Source of the DNA: Sedimentisphaerales bacterium
GTDB taxonomy: Bacteria > Planctomycetota > Phycisphaerae > Sedimentisphaerales > SM23-30
Length of the DNA: 64,000 bases
NCBI GenBank assembly: GCA_963663965.2
Contig: CAXXFK010000031.1
Span: forward strand, 96,001-160,000
Reading direction: 5' to 3'
Part shown: in pieces, positions 9,388 through 20,221 of the stretch
Layout of the letters: every line of letters starts with the position of its first letter
Position numbering within the stretch: the stretch's first letter is position 1
Translations under genes and position numbers: made by a program
Notes under the pieces: generated by a model
Databases searched by the model: none
Told to the model about the DNA's origin: nothing
What the model saw: the letters and a program-made list of their open reading frames with translations, nothing else

Positions 9388-12300
9388 ATGTCAAAATTGT
9401 CATCACTTCTTTTTTGTCTGATATGCACTCTTAGTTCGTATATTTTTGCTGATAGTGAACTTGTGACCCCCACTATGGCCAACTCCTATCCTGTTCGGGA
9501 ATCCTTGGCCCAATTTTATGGCGCCATACCCATATCCTTTACGCAATTGACCGAAGACATAAATAATGATATCGATATACTTGTGTGGGCATGTCATAGC
9601 AGACAATTGCCCCCGGAGTCAAACAATCCCAAAGTTATTGCCTGTCTACGCCAATTTATTGAAAAAGGCGGCCACTTGTTTCTGGTTAGCTTTGCTCAAT
9701 CCTATGTCGTCGATTTGGGCTTGGAGACAGTCGCGCCGGATCGAATGGACTTTTTTCGATATGGTTACAATGATAGCAGTCAATTTGGGGGGTATTTTAC
9801 CATAGGTATCAAGGGCGACGCAAGCCATCCTCTTTTTCAACATCTGGCTTGCTCCGAAATTGATGAAAACGCTTTTCTTATCAGCGGAAGTTCTCATATC
9901 AACCTGGAGAATTGCTTCTGGACCAGGAACCCTCTTCAGCAGGGCCAATCATTGGGGAATTACTTTCGCATAAACGAGAAAGGTCAGGTACTGGATCAGA
10001 AACAGGTCCAGGTGCTTAATTTGTGGACACTGGGGCAGGGCAAGGTGCTGGGTTACGGCAACAACGTACTATTGGAAGATTTCTGGTTCAGCCGCGATCA
10101 GGAGAATTTAAAAACGTTTCTGGGTAATGTGGCATGCTTTCTCAGTGACAAAAAGAATCCTCGAATTGGCGCATTGCCTGAGACCCCCTCCCGTTTGCAT
10201 GCCGACACCTATATGTCCCCCCCAGCATTTCCTGAAGTTCAGCCACATACCCTTCATCGGAAACTGCCAGGGCTTCCGTATATCGGCCATTGGGGTTGGC
10301 ATGCCCAGATCCAGTATCAGCGTGCCGACCGCCAGTGTGTGGATCTAACGTATTTTAAAGAAAAGATGATTGATGAACCTTTTCGCTGGGGCGCTAATCT
10401 GTTAGAGTTTTATGCTCCTGGAATGGGTCGTAATGAAGGTTATCCATTTATCTGGGAAGATGATGATCCGATGACCAAACCTGGAGAGGGATTGTCATAT
10501 TGGGGAGGTCAATGGATTCCCGGTTGGAACAATGATACCGTAAGAGAGCTTTTTAAGACAGCCCATGCCAGAGATATGCTGGTGCAACTATTTTATCATC
10601 CCAATCCTGTACGTATTCCTGGAGGGACAGAAAGCGCCCGGGAGACTGAAGCGTATCAGAAATTCTGCCGTTTTCAGGCGAGAGAATTTCAGAATCCGCT
10701 TTTATACGGCTGGCAAGCCTCACATGATGGTGTCGGATCGGAATGGTGGGGAGATGGTCAGCATGGCGAATACATAAGCCAGCTATGGCTTTATAATCCG
10801 GGTTCCTATCGATACAGTACTGCCCTCCTGCCCGGAAGCGGGCCCTATTTCCATGGCACCTGGATGTGTGCGTTCGGTCGTACCGGTAATATAAACGCAT
10901 GCGGCTTTGGCGACCAGTGGCGTTATGTTTTTCATCCTCCGCTTTACCTTTCCTACCAGGCTGACTGTCGAAGCATGAAACCCAGTACCGGCCAATGGGG
11001 TGGTTGGGCCAATTTTGGCGGTGGTTCCACTCCGGATTGGATTTTGCGTCAGATGTATGATTTTGCCCGTGATCGTCTTTATCTCGACAGCGGTATCTGG
11101 TGGCTGGGAGAGCCCGCAGCAACCATGAAGGAAAGTGACCGGCAATATGTTTATGGCTGTTCTGCGGATCCCTTGCGTTGCGCCGTTACAACAACGTTGC
11201 GCGCCACAGGCGCGGATGGCTACCGTGCAAAAGCTTACCAGACCGTTTCCAATCTGCCCCAACAATATCTATGTGATGAGCCTTTTCCGCAAGACACTGC
11301 TTTGATACAGAATAACTATTTCCGCCTGCTACGTATGGCTGGAGAAGATAAAGGCATCCTGCAATATGATCCCACTCGATTAGCCAACTTTCAAAAAACA
11401 GGTCGTCCAATACCAGCAGAAATTCTATCGGACAATTTTTTTACGGCTATGCCTGTGGACATTGCCATACCCAATAAGAATCCTGATCGTATTGCATTTA
11501 AAATCGGAGAGGTTGACGGTAGTTGCAACGAATTCAGGGTGGCAGGCGGCTATCACCGGCAATACGAATGTTCTGCCGATACCGATCAGTTTCCCGCTCA
11601 AATCCGTTATGAAAGTGAACCTGACTGGCCCCACGAAATCCAGATAAACTTTACCGCGGACATTGGTCGCTATGATCTGCAAATCTACACGCTACCCAAT
11701 GACTACACCAGTACAATGGAAGTTGAAATTGATGGACGTCCAGCCGGTGTCTATTTCCCCGGCCATGGCGATACCGGCAAACACATACTGCCGGTCAGTC
11801 TGGATTCAGCACGGCAGCATCAACTGCTTTTCCGGGTACAGAAGGCCAATACCAGCAAACAGCGAAGCGACGGGCAAGCTGGTCTGGCTCATGCTTTTGA
11901 TGCGGTGATATTGTCTCGAACCGGACAAGAGAGTGTAATCCATCATTTCAATCAACCCATTGGTCATCAGGCAGTACTTGAAGAGGTGGTTTATAAGGAT
12001 CCAACGGGAGCAATTCGTCAGAGCCGTACTTATACTGTTGACAGTGATAGTCCAGTACTCAAGATGGCCATTACTAATCATTCACTAGAACCCACCAGAT
12101 GGTTGACACGGATGAGGCTGCCAGATCATGACCGGTTAATACCCTTCCCGGGTCAAACGGCCGCCCTATGGAAACTACAGCCACGTCAACCATCCATTCC
12201 CCCACTGTTACTGATTGATTACTCAAAGCATCCCCTGTCTATTATCAAAGAGGGTGATGATGTTCTGATTGCCAGCGAAAAAGCCATTGAATCAACCATG

Positions 12301-13179
12301 AACCTTGGACTTCTGATCGATGATGGATTGTACGATGAAATGGATTATGGTTCGATCGCACAAATGTTAAACGCCAACGAAACGACTCTTTGGATTGGTG
12401 AACAAGCCATTACCCGCGTAAATAGCCTGGGAATACCCCGAGTCGAGGTGGTTCGAATAAGAAATCCTTTGGGGGGTCCGTATCTGGTCGCGGAAGAGAA
12501 CCAAGAAGGTGAAACCTTCTGGTTGGCTCGTGGCGCTCAACTGACCGGTGATATGGATCGGCTCAAGCTTTATCTGCAACCCCGGGGTAAGGCGCGTATC
12601 CAACGCTATGGCTATATTAACAATATTGTCAAACCCGGCTACGGCTGTCAATATTCATTGGCTATCCGGGATAATATCCAGTCGGGTAAATGTGAAGTGG
12701 AGGTCGTTAAAACAGGACCATTCATGTTCGCGCCCCGTATTGACTGGAAACAGCCTTTCGATACCGTGAAAGTCAATGGCGAAGACTGGTGTTATTTCGA
12801 TGATCACCTGGTCTATCTGCCTAACAAACCCGGCCGCTATACTGTTGAAGTCCTTGAGACTGGCCGTAAATATCCTTCCCTGGGCCGGACATTCTTAAGC
12901 GTCGAAAGCGCCTTATGGAATGAAACAGAAATGACACTTGAATTGAATACAACCCATCCCCACTGGTGGGAAGGGCCCCTGCCGGGCAATATTCCTTATA
13001 CCGCTCTGGTGTTTGGAAATGAATATCGCCCCATGATGATCGAGGGCGATGGTAGTTTAATTGATTGGAGTCATTATGAAGTGCGTGATAATGATCTGGT
13101 TAAAATGCAAGACAATGGCGCGATATTACAATTGAATCCGGGTATGCTGAAAATCTATTTCCAGAGAAAACAGGATTGA
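9388..13179 (+). CDS. Large secreted multidomain protein of unknown function, possibly glycan-active (ORF track start 9361)
   Basis: Uninterrupted 1272-codon ORF; signal peptide MSKLSSLLFCLIC; GATase/ThuA-like N-terminal region; Trp/Gly-rich central region. Confidence 0.7.
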   Translation: MSKLSSLLFCLICTLSSYIFADSELVTPTMANSYPVRESLAQFYGAIPISFTQLTEDINNDIDILVWACHSRQLPPESNNPKVIACLRQFIEKGGHLFLVSFAQSYVVDLGLETVAPDRMDFFRYGYNDSSQFGGYFTIGIKGDASHPLFQHLACSEIDENAFLISGSSHINLENCFWTRNPLQQGQSLGNYFRINEKGQVLDQKQVQVLNLWTLGQGKVLGYGNNVLLEDFWFSRDQENLKTFLGNVACFLSDKKNPRIGALPETPSRLHADTYMSPPAFPEVQPHTLHRKLPGLPYIGHWGWHAQIQYQRADRQCVDLTYFKEKMIDEPFRWGANLLEFYAPGMGRNEGYPFIWEDDDPMTKPGEGLSYWGGQWIPGWNNDTVRELFKTAHARDMLVQLFYHPNPVRIPGGTESARETEAYQKFCRFQAREFQNPLLYGWQASHDGVGSEWWGDGQHGEYISQLWLYNPGSYRYSTALLPGSGPYFHGTWMCAFGRTGNINACGFGDQWRYVFHPPLYLSYQADCRSMKPSTGQWGGWANFGGGSTPDWILRQMYDFARDRLYLDSGIWWLGEPAATMKESDRQYVYGCSADPLRCAVTTTLRATGADGYRAKAYQTVSNLPQQYLCDEPFPQDTALIQNNYFRLLRMAGEDKGILQYDPTRLANFQKTGRPIPAEILSDNFFTAMPVDIAIPNKNPDRIAFKIGEVDGSCNEFRVAGGYHRQYECSADTDQFPAQIRYESEPDWPHEIQINFTADIGRYDLQIYTLPNDYTSTMEVEIDGRPAGVYFPGHGDTGKHILPVSLDSARQHQLLFRVQKANTSKQRSDGQAGLAHAFDAVILSRTGQESVIHHFNQPIGHQAVLEEVVYKDPTGAIRQSRTYTVDSDSPVLKMAITNHSLEPTRWLTRMRLPDHDRLIPFPGQTAALWKLQPRQPSIPPLLLIDYSKHPLSIIKEGDDVLIASEKAIESTMNLGLLIDDGLYDEMDYGSIAQMLNANETTLWIGEQAITRVNSLGIPRVEVVRIRNPLGGPYLVAEENQEGETFWLARGAQLTGDMDRLKLYLQPRGKARIQRYGYINNIVKPGYGCQYSLAIRDNIQSGKCEVEVVKTGPFMFAPRIDWKQPFDTVKVNGEDWCYFDDHLVYLPNKPGRYTVEVLETGRKYPSLGRTFLSVESALWNETEMTLELNTTHPHWWEGPLPGNIPYTALVFGNEYRPMMIEGDGSLIDWSHYEVRDNDLVKMQDNGAILQLNPGMLKIYFQRKQD

Positions 13180-13270
13180 TTTCGAGTAATCTGTTCTTTT
13201 CCACGTGTAAAGAGAATTGGAACCAATCCTCTCAGTACTCACTAAATCCATCCTGTCATACTCAATATTA

Positions 13271-14569
13271 TTAACGCTTGTCTTTTGTTGACTCTTTTCT
13301 CTCCATAGTTGTTAAATCCCATTCATTGGTATTAAATGGTGAGCGGGTAAGCGGTCCTGTCGGATAACCACCGACTTCCTTTTCGCTATCAATGATTTTT
13401 CCTTTATCGTCAAGCACCCCTTGGATAATACGTTTGTCTATGGCATCCCGATCCCAAGGCCGTGCCCCGGCCTCTTTTAGAACCTGGCTACGAACCTGAC
13501 CAGACGGCATAACTTGAATCGCATCCGGCCATAACGGTGGCTTTTTCACCTGCTGATACTTCCGTTTTGAATTGATTATTTTAACCTTTTCACCGGCTTG
13601 ATCGACTGCAATATTATCTTTTACGTAGACTTCCAGTGGGCCAAACCAGCCTAGTGATAACAAGGGAATATCTTTCGGGGTACTGGGGCCATATTCAAAT
13701 ACGTTTCCTACCAATGCCAGTTGGCCGGTTTGCCATTCATGCCCTTTCCACTCGCTTTCCGGTGAACCAAAATGAACCGCCCTGCCGCCGGGATTATAGA
13801 TATAATTATTGACAATCACACCACCTGCTCCCGCCTTGAATAGCGGATTTCTTTCAACATTATTTGCATAAAGATTGCCAATTATAGCAATCTCGGTACA
13901 ATTATCATGAATCAGGCTTCCCTTGGAATGTTTGCCTTTGCCATGGGTGGAATTGTCTAATCCCTCGGCAATAATACAATTACTGATCGTTATCCTGTGG
14001 GAAGTATTTTCGCGCCACTCTTCGACGGCATTACCGCTGAAACGCGGTCCGGAAGCGGATAAGTTTTCATCAGTCGCCCAGGTGCAGGTACAATGATCGA
14101 TAATAATATCATGGGAGGTCGTCGTGATCCCATCCGCCTCCCAACCGCTTTTTTTTGCCGCCCCGGCTTCACCTGGACGCACCCGAAGATGCCTGACAAT
14201 AACATCGTGAGCGCTTATTACCATCCCGCCCCGAATCAAAGTAATGCCAGGACTTGGGGCGGTTTGACCGGCTATTGTTAAGAAGGGTTCTTTGATTACC
14301 AGCGAGTGTTTTTGCAGATCAATAATACCTCCCACCTCAAAAACGATGATTCGCGGCCCCTTTGTGGCTACTGCCTCGGCCAAGGATCCCGGACCTTCCG
14401 CATGAAGATTCGTCACCCGAATAATGGCGCCACCACGCCCCCCCACCGTTGAAGCCGCCCAACCCATCGCCCCTTCAAAGGCCTTATCTTGTTCTGCTCT
14501 CAACCGAACTGAAACGCTAAATAAGATGGCTGTAACGCATATCAGGATATATAATAACTTTTTTGTCAT
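13271..14569 (-). CDS. Pectate lyase, PL1-type, secreted
   Basis: AFEGAMGW..TVGGRGG, GPGSL, TIAGQTAP, IIDHCTCTWATDE, RNP motifs. Confidence 0.9.
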   Translation of the reverse strand: MTKKLLYILICVTAILFSVSVRLRAEQDKAFEGAMGWAASTVGGRGGAIIRVTNLHAEGPGSLAEAVATKGPRIIVFEVGGIIDLQKHSLVIKEPFLTIAGQTAPSPGITLIRGGMVISAHDVIVRHLRVRPGEAGAAKKSGWEADGITTTSHDIIIDHCTCTWATDENLSASGPRFSGNAVEEWRENTSHRITISNCIIAEGLDNSTHGKGKHSKGSLIHDNCTEIAIIGNLYANNVERNPLFKAGAGGVIVNNYIYNPGGRAVHFGSPESEWKGHEWQTGQLALVGNVFEYGPSTPKDIPLLSLGWFGPLEVYVKDNIAVDQAGEKVKIINSKRKYQQVKKPPLWPDAIQVMPSGQVRSQVLKEAGARPWDRDAIDKRIIQGVLDDKGKIIDSEKEVGGYPTGPLTRSPFNTNEWDLTTMERKESTKDKR

Positions 14570-14645
14570 AACCGATTCCTTTCATTATGCAAATAGTATG
14601 TAATCCGCGCTTTAATAAGACTTTACTCTTTGGCAACTATCGGAT

Positions 14646-17027
14646 TCATTCCAAATCAAACAACTCTGAAAGACCGCCAGTCTCAGAATCGCCATCTTTA
14701 CTAATTAAGATTCGAAATCGTTTTCCGTTGAATGCCGAAAGGTCAATAAAAATTTCCGGGGCATTATAGGGGATAGCTTCAGCCAATTTCCCTATGGTAC
14801 TGGTCTTATCGTTATCAGCGGAAACCTGCTGCAAATAAAGCGACAGTTTCGCCTCTGGATCTCTGTACCAGTCTCCGGTATTCTTCCAAACCACCTTCGT
14901 TTTCTTTTGGGGGCCGGACAATTTAATGTTGTCAATAAAACACAGATTCTGTTCGGTGATATAATGCCGTGGTAATTTCCACAAATCGGGCATGTCATAG
15001 CGTCCTTGTAAATTATAACGCTGGTCGCCTCCGCAATTGTTGTTTTCTGCCAGCTTCGCATCATATTCAAATTCACGATATAATGGACGAATCAGCTGGG
15101 AACCGACATTGAAAACGATGCGCTTATCCAATAAGTGTCCCCTGGCCGCCCGGTTCATATAACGCCATTGTGACTGAAGTGGCGGAACAGGATCGTAATC
15201 TTTTGACTCTGGTCGTATCGGAGTCGCGTCAAAACAGGTCCAGCCATAGTGACTACCCAGCCAGACTTGAGTGTATCGATGGCCGTTGGAACAAGGCGCC
15301 GATTCGGTTTTGTCCAGTAAGCCGTTATGGTTTACATCCCATTGAGATGGATCTTTTTCCACACCGGTGCCCAGCCAGCGGGCCGGGTGTTGTAAATGAC
15401 GCATGGCACCGGCCAGCATTACGCTAGTCCCCGAACAAGCCGTTATTTGTGTTTTATCATAGGGACGTTCAGACAGCGCCAATTTCAGATTTCCCGGATT
15501 GGCGTCAAAATGATTCCGGTCATAGTCAACTGTCGCTGGAATTCTTTCATCCGGACCAGGGTAATAATAATGATCCAGAATATACTCCAAGGCGTTTCGG
15601 ACTGCCCAATAAGGATGATTCATATCAGCAGATACACAGTATTTGTCTTCAATATGTTTTTCAACCCGCTCGGTAAAACTTTGATAAGTCTTGGTGTCAC
15701 TCAGGTTATACAGTTCCGCATCGTCCGCCAGATAATTCGAACCCGCTAATGCGGTAAGATTTTTGTCAACTCTGTGAGGATAGACATATTTTCGGTATGG
15801 ATTAGTCCATAAATCGATCTCATATTGAGAACTATAGTTTCGTGCGGGTGCATCAGCGTATTCCACCAATCCCAGGTATTGACGGCTGGCTGCATCATTG
15901 CCTGGATCGTAGGTTTGTTTTCTGATGGTTGCATTTGGTGCGCCGGTTAAATCCATGATTTTTTCCGTTTCCGGCCATACTCCCTGATTAAATAACTGTT
16001 CGTAAGCATACGGTCGGGAATAATAATGATAGACCTTGCCAGGATTTTTAATGTTACTTTCAGGTTCGGTCTGGATTTTCATAGTCAGATGACGAAGAAT
16101 ACGCGGTCCTTCGTAAGCCATATCGAGATTTTGAGTAACATTTACCCGATAAATATGATCGGCGCCAGATACGGATACGGGAATCCAGAGTGAGTTACGA
16201 CCGAATGTCATCCCCCGACATTTTTGATTGGAGTCATTGGTCCTGGGTCGGTCAAAATAGAATATTCCCCTGCCGGTGCGGGCTTCTGCCAGATAAATCG
16301 ATTCATAGCCAGCCGTTCCCCAGAGATAACGCCCTTCTTCCAGAGTCATAAAGGCCAGACCTTGTGATAGATACTCGCCAGTATCCGGCATATGCTTAAT
16401 AAATACAAGTTTCTCTTTGCTATCCGGTTTCCATTGATACTGGATGATGCCGCGCAAAACACGAACATTGTGATCTATATAGCCCGACGCGTCAAAACAC
16501 AGGTAGATTTTCTCCTGATCAGTGGCCAGATCCATCACCTCACGCTGTCCGATTCGATACCAGTAATTTGTCAAGTCGATAGAAGTAAAATTCTGTTCAG
16601 TAAAATTACCCCGCCATAATTGCGATCGGACATTTCCACCGGACTTCTCCCAGTTAAGGAAATAGAATATATCCTGACCATTTTCACGGACAAATGACAA
16701 TCCGCGCGGCCCCATCAGTTTGGTTTTGTCTGTATCAGATGGCAATGGATATTGGTCCAGCAATTTCAACTCATCGGTGCCATTATCCAGATTCTGATTA
16801 AGCTGATAGGAAAAAATAATCCCTGAACGATCCAGGACAAAAACCCGGGGCGCCAATGGCGATATATCATCAAAAGCAATTCCTTGAACATCACGGTTTT
16901 TATCCGCAAGCGTATATTTCTTTTCCGTTTGTCCTATGATCGGACCGGTGTGGCCTGAACAAAGGGCCGTTCCTGCCGTTATGAGTAAAAAACATATTCC
17001 CGCATAACATCGAATTGATTTATACAT
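14646..17027 (-). CDS. Secreted transglutaminase-like domain protein with repeat-like N-terminus
   Basis: Start MYKSIR with GGAGA RBS and signal peptide; ACSGTSVML, GHRYTQVWL and GWTCFDATP give a Cys-His-Asp triad. Confidence 0.7.
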   Translation of the reverse strand: MYKSIRCYAGICFLLITAGTALCSGHTGPIIGQTEKKYTLADKNRDVQGIAFDDISPLAPRVFVLDRSGIIFSYQLNQNLDNGTDELKLLDQYPLPSDTDKTKLMGPRGLSFVRENGQDIFYFLNWEKSGGNVRSQLWRGNFTEQNFTSIDLTNYWYRIGQREVMDLATDQEKIYLCFDASGYIDHNVRVLRGIIQYQWKPDSKEKLVFIKHMPDTGEYLSQGLAFMTLEEGRYLWGTAGYESIYLAEARTGRGIFYFDRPRTNDSNQKCRGMTFGRNSLWIPVSVSGADHIYRVNVTQNLDMAYEGPRILRHLTMKIQTEPESNIKNPGKVYHYYSRPYAYEQLFNQGVWPETEKIMDLTGAPNATIRKQTYDPGNDAASRQYLGLVEYADAPARNYSSQYEIDLWTNPYRKYVYPHRVDKNLTALAGSNYLADDAELYNLSDTKTYQSFTERVEKHIEDKYCVSADMNHPYWAVRNALEYILDHYYYPGPDERIPATVDYDRNHFDANPGNLKLALSERPYDKTQITACSGTSVMLAGAMRHLQHPARWLGTGVEKDPSQWDVNHNGLLDKTESAPCSNGHRYTQVWLGSHYGWTCFDATPIRPESKDYDPVPPLQSQWRYMNRAARGHLLDKRIVFNVGSQLIRPLYREFEYDAKLAENNNCGGDQRYNLQGRYDMPDLWKLPRHYITEQNLCFIDNIKLSGPQKKTKVVWKNTGDWYRDPEAKLSLYLQQVSADNDKTSTIGKLAEAIPYNAPEIFIDLSAFNGKRFRILISKDGDSETGGLSELFDLE

Positions 17028-17055
17028 AATTTCTCCGGATATTGGATTACGAAAA

Positions 17056-20046
17056 TTAATTCTGTATTTTAGGCTCCCAAAGACGGGAACGCGATCCCCG
17101 TGATTTTTTTGTTTCCGTTTGTTTCCCGGTAATATCCTGCGGTAAGCTGCTGACATAACCAGGAAAACCACCGGCAGTGTCTTTTACCTCGACCAGCCAG
17201 GCATCCGGCAATTTTCCCTTGACATATCCCTCATAAAATCCATCCGCGCGTTTAATCATGAATTCCGGATACCACACCAGATCCCGCCAATAAGGTTCAT
17301 CATCATTATAGACATACCAGATTTTTGCCTGAATAATCTTATTGGAAGATTCGATGCTCGCCCGAAAGACGGTACCGGCTTCCTGTGACCGGCCGCCCCA
17401 TTGAAATCTCTCAGGCACCTCTCGATAACTCAGGTCAGAGATTTTTGTTAACGGGCGATTTTCAAAGACATGTGCAATCCACATACGCCAATCGAGAAAA
17501 TGTTTCTCTGACATGGATGCATGCCGGTAATTCGGAATATATTCAATTGTCCAGGCGCCTCCCATCATCTTCTGAATCTGATTGATTCCATACATCTGGT
17601 AACCATCTTCATTCGTGGCTCCCAGATACAGAACCTTCGCATTAATCCAATCTTTCGTATATGCCGGACAAATGGCCCGCCATGGACCATCCAGCATTCC
17701 ATTCCAGTTTGATTCGTTACCCATATAAACCACACCGGCAATTCGATCCGGATCGATGGCAGCAGCCGTATATGCCGAAGTCGCACGCTTGCTGTGACCG
17801 CCGATCACCGCCCTGATTTCGCTTCGCTGAATGTTCAATATATCGGCCATGATATCCAGGGCACGGATGTATGGGATGGCCAGACGAAAATAATTATGAT
17901 CTATCGGATCTTTCGTATTTTGAGCCAATTCCCGCAAAAATCCGATCGATATCTCCTGCCCCTCTGTGTTGTCATATTCTCCAGGTACTGGACAGATCAT
18001 GGTGGGATAACCGGTTAATGCAGCAATGGGTTCGCCGTAATTGCCCAGAAAAGAATCCCGCCAGGGTCCTGTCGCCAGGCCGTCCCAGCTGCGCTGACCA
18101 ACGATGACTACCTTGCCCTTTCGGTTGGGAGCCTGGATTATTTTCGGGTCCGCCGGCAGGAAAATCACGCAGGGATGCCCCCATTTTTTATCATTCAGCT
18201 CCTGGCTGTAAAATTTGACCTCAATACGCCGTAATTTGATTCCGGGATTGGAGTCAGCAGGGATGATTTCATCCCGTTGCACCGTATAATTTAATGGCAG
18301 CAGATTCTTTTGACATCGTTGCCAGAGTTCCTGACAGGTTTCAACATCACGGTCAGGTAAGACTGATTTGGTTTGCGGTTCCTCAACCGGTGCCGTTTTT
18401 CCCTCATTTTCCCGTCTGGTCTTTTCGATCCATTCATCCGTCATTTTATCAAAGGGCACTTTTCGGAGCGATAGAACATCCGCTGATAAATTGTACCCGG
18501 GCAGCCCGGTTTCAGGGTAAAAAGATAATGGATTGGCTCCGATACATACCAGTTTCAAGCTATGGTCACCCGGATCAAAATCAAATAATCCAATCTTCCT
18601 CTCCCGGCGCTGGCCGTAGATATAATCTTCATGTTCATCCTTTCGATAGACGTTGAAGAAGTCCAGAGTCTTATTGATCTTTTCAGGTGGAAGTTGATTA
18701 ACCAGACTGACTCGATAACCTCCGGCAATATGGGATTCTCCCGCCTCTTGGAGTTCTTTTCCATCGATATAAACCTTCCAGATTCCATTGTCTTCGCGCA
18801 GATGCTGGAAGAGAGACATGGAGTATTTTCCTTTTTCATGGATTGTAAAAGGAATTTCGATCCAGCTGCCGATTTTATCGTTCTGTACCCGGAACCAGGG
18901 CTTGGTGTAGGTCGCCCGATTATAAGGATTGACCTGTAATTCAATATTGGCCGAATGTCGGATGCTTTTAACTACTTCCGGCAGATGAAGTACAGTCTCC
19001 GGATTTATCCGGTCCGGATAAGCGGGAAACTCACACCAGGGTTTGGCAATGGTATCCTGATACCAGAACGAGACGGAAGACCAGAAATCGGGACGCGAAC
19101 CAGATGGCGTCACGACTTCACCCTGAGAATCCAGAATGAATCCTCGCCGTTCAAGTTCGAATTTAAGCGACTGGTTAAAAAGTACAGGATCGGCTATATG
19201 CCATCGATATGCGGTCACCCGGGCATCGGGGGCTCGGGGTTCAAACACGGTACAACCCGTATACAGGCTGGAGTGAACCCGCATATTCCAGGCTTCATTG
19301 AAATAGTCTTCGGTTCCTGTTCCTACGATGGAAGGCGTTTTTTCTCCGTCAATATAGAAAAAGTCATCCCCTTCGCCAAACCAGTGACCGATGCCGTTCT
19401 GCGAGGATAACACCGTTCCCACGTAATGGCCTTTCCCTTTGCCAACAAAAACCGTGTATGGCTCTCCATAGATTGGGGGATATTCCTGATGATAACGCGC
19501 GTGAAAATACATGGTCGGATCCGTTGCCTGATCGTATTGAATCCAGTCAATTTGATAATAACTGGCCGCTCGTTCCGTATCCGATTCATTGGACAGCGTA
19601 ATTTTTGCCTCTTTTTTAAAAGGCATCTGCCAGTAACAGTTCAGCCCCCTGCCATATGAACTGACTTTGACCGGTAAAGAATCGACGTTCGCACACATGC
19701 CATTGCCAACGGCAAAAAAATCACCAAGGGGAGTCTCCACGGATGGCACATTCGATCCATCCCAATACATACGTAAAACCATCGCGCGCGGATAGCGAAT
19801 GTTCGGTGAATAGGGAGCCAGCCAGATATGGGTAATTTTACCCGCCCCTTTCAGTTGCGCAATGACTTTCGTTTCACCCGGGGCCAGTTTGATGGAATCT
19901 TCATTGTTAGTCGAATTGCCGCTGGATGTTCGCATCGAACGGCCTGATTGTGGTTTAGAAATCGAATCCAGAGATTGAGAATAACAAATAGTTCCTTCAT
20001 AAATTCCAAGCACGACCAGGCAAAAAAACAGTATTGTTCGCTTCAT
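17056..20046 (-). CDS. DUF2961 (GH172-like) glycosidase fused to a PqaA-like alpha/beta-hydrolase domain
   Basis: GAGKITHIW, PLGDFFA, WFGEGDD, GTGTEDYF in the N-terminal half; GGHSKRA, ATNEDGY, PNYRH in the C-terminal half; signal peptide. Confidence 0.75.
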   Translation of the reverse strand: MKRTILFFCLVVLGIYEGTICYSQSLDSISKPQSGRSMRTSSGNSTNNEDSIKLAPGETKVIAQLKGAGKITHIWLAPYSPNIRYPRAMVLRMYWDGSNVPSVETPLGDFFAVGNGMCANVDSLPVKVSSYGRGLNCYWQMPFKKEAKITLSNESDTERAASYYQIDWIQYDQATDPTMYFHARYHQEYPPIYGEPYTVFVGKGKGHYVGTVLSSQNGIGHWFGEGDDFFYIDGEKTPSIVGTGTEDYFNEAWNMRVHSSLYTGCTVFEPRAPDARVTAYRWHIADPVLFNQSLKFELERRGFILDSQGEVVTPSGSRPDFWSSVSFWYQDTIAKPWCEFPAYPDRINPETVLHLPEVVKSIRHSANIELQVNPYNRATYTKPWFRVQNDKIGSWIEIPFTIHEKGKYSMSLFQHLREDNGIWKVYIDGKELQEAGESHIAGGYRVSLVNQLPPEKINKTLDFFNVYRKDEHEDYIYGQRRERKIGLFDFDPGDHSLKLVCIGANPLSFYPETGLPGYNLSADVLSLRKVPFDKMTDEWIEKTRRENEGKTAPVEEPQTKSVLPDRDVETCQELWQRCQKNLLPLNYTVQRDEIIPADSNPGIKLRRIEVKFYSQELNDKKWGHPCVIFLPADPKIIQAPNRKGKVVIVGQRSWDGLATGPWRDSFLGNYGEPIAALTGYPTMICPVPGEYDNTEGQEISIGFLRELAQNTKDPIDHNYFRLAIPYIRALDIMADILNIQRSEIRAVIGGHSKRATSAYTAAAIDPDRIAGVVYMGNESNWNGMLDGPWRAICPAYTKDWINAKVLYLGATNEDGYQMYGINQIQKMMGGAWTIEYIPNYRHASMSEKHFLDWRMWIAHVFENRPLTKISDLSYREVPERFQWGGRSQEAGTVFRASIESSNKIIQAKIWYVYNDDEPYWRDLVWYPEFMIKRADGFYEGYVKGKLPDAWLVEVKDTAGGFPGYVSSLPQDITGKQTETKKSRGSRSRLWEPKIQN

Positions 20047-20221
20047 AACCCCATGCTCCAGTTCTGGTGTTTGTAAATATCATATCACTTAACTGCTTGT
20101 ATTAAAATGAATTACAATATGATTATTTATTAATATTTACATTTTGAGGCTTTACCAGGCTTCGCAAATATTAATATTGCCTTTATCCATTGCTATCCTA
20201 TCATAATAGAAGATGATACAA

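Noticed and set aside
17027..17171. Longer N-terminus for the transglutaminase-like ORF
   Set aside because: It overlaps the upstream gene; the RBS and signal peptide fit the ATG at 17027
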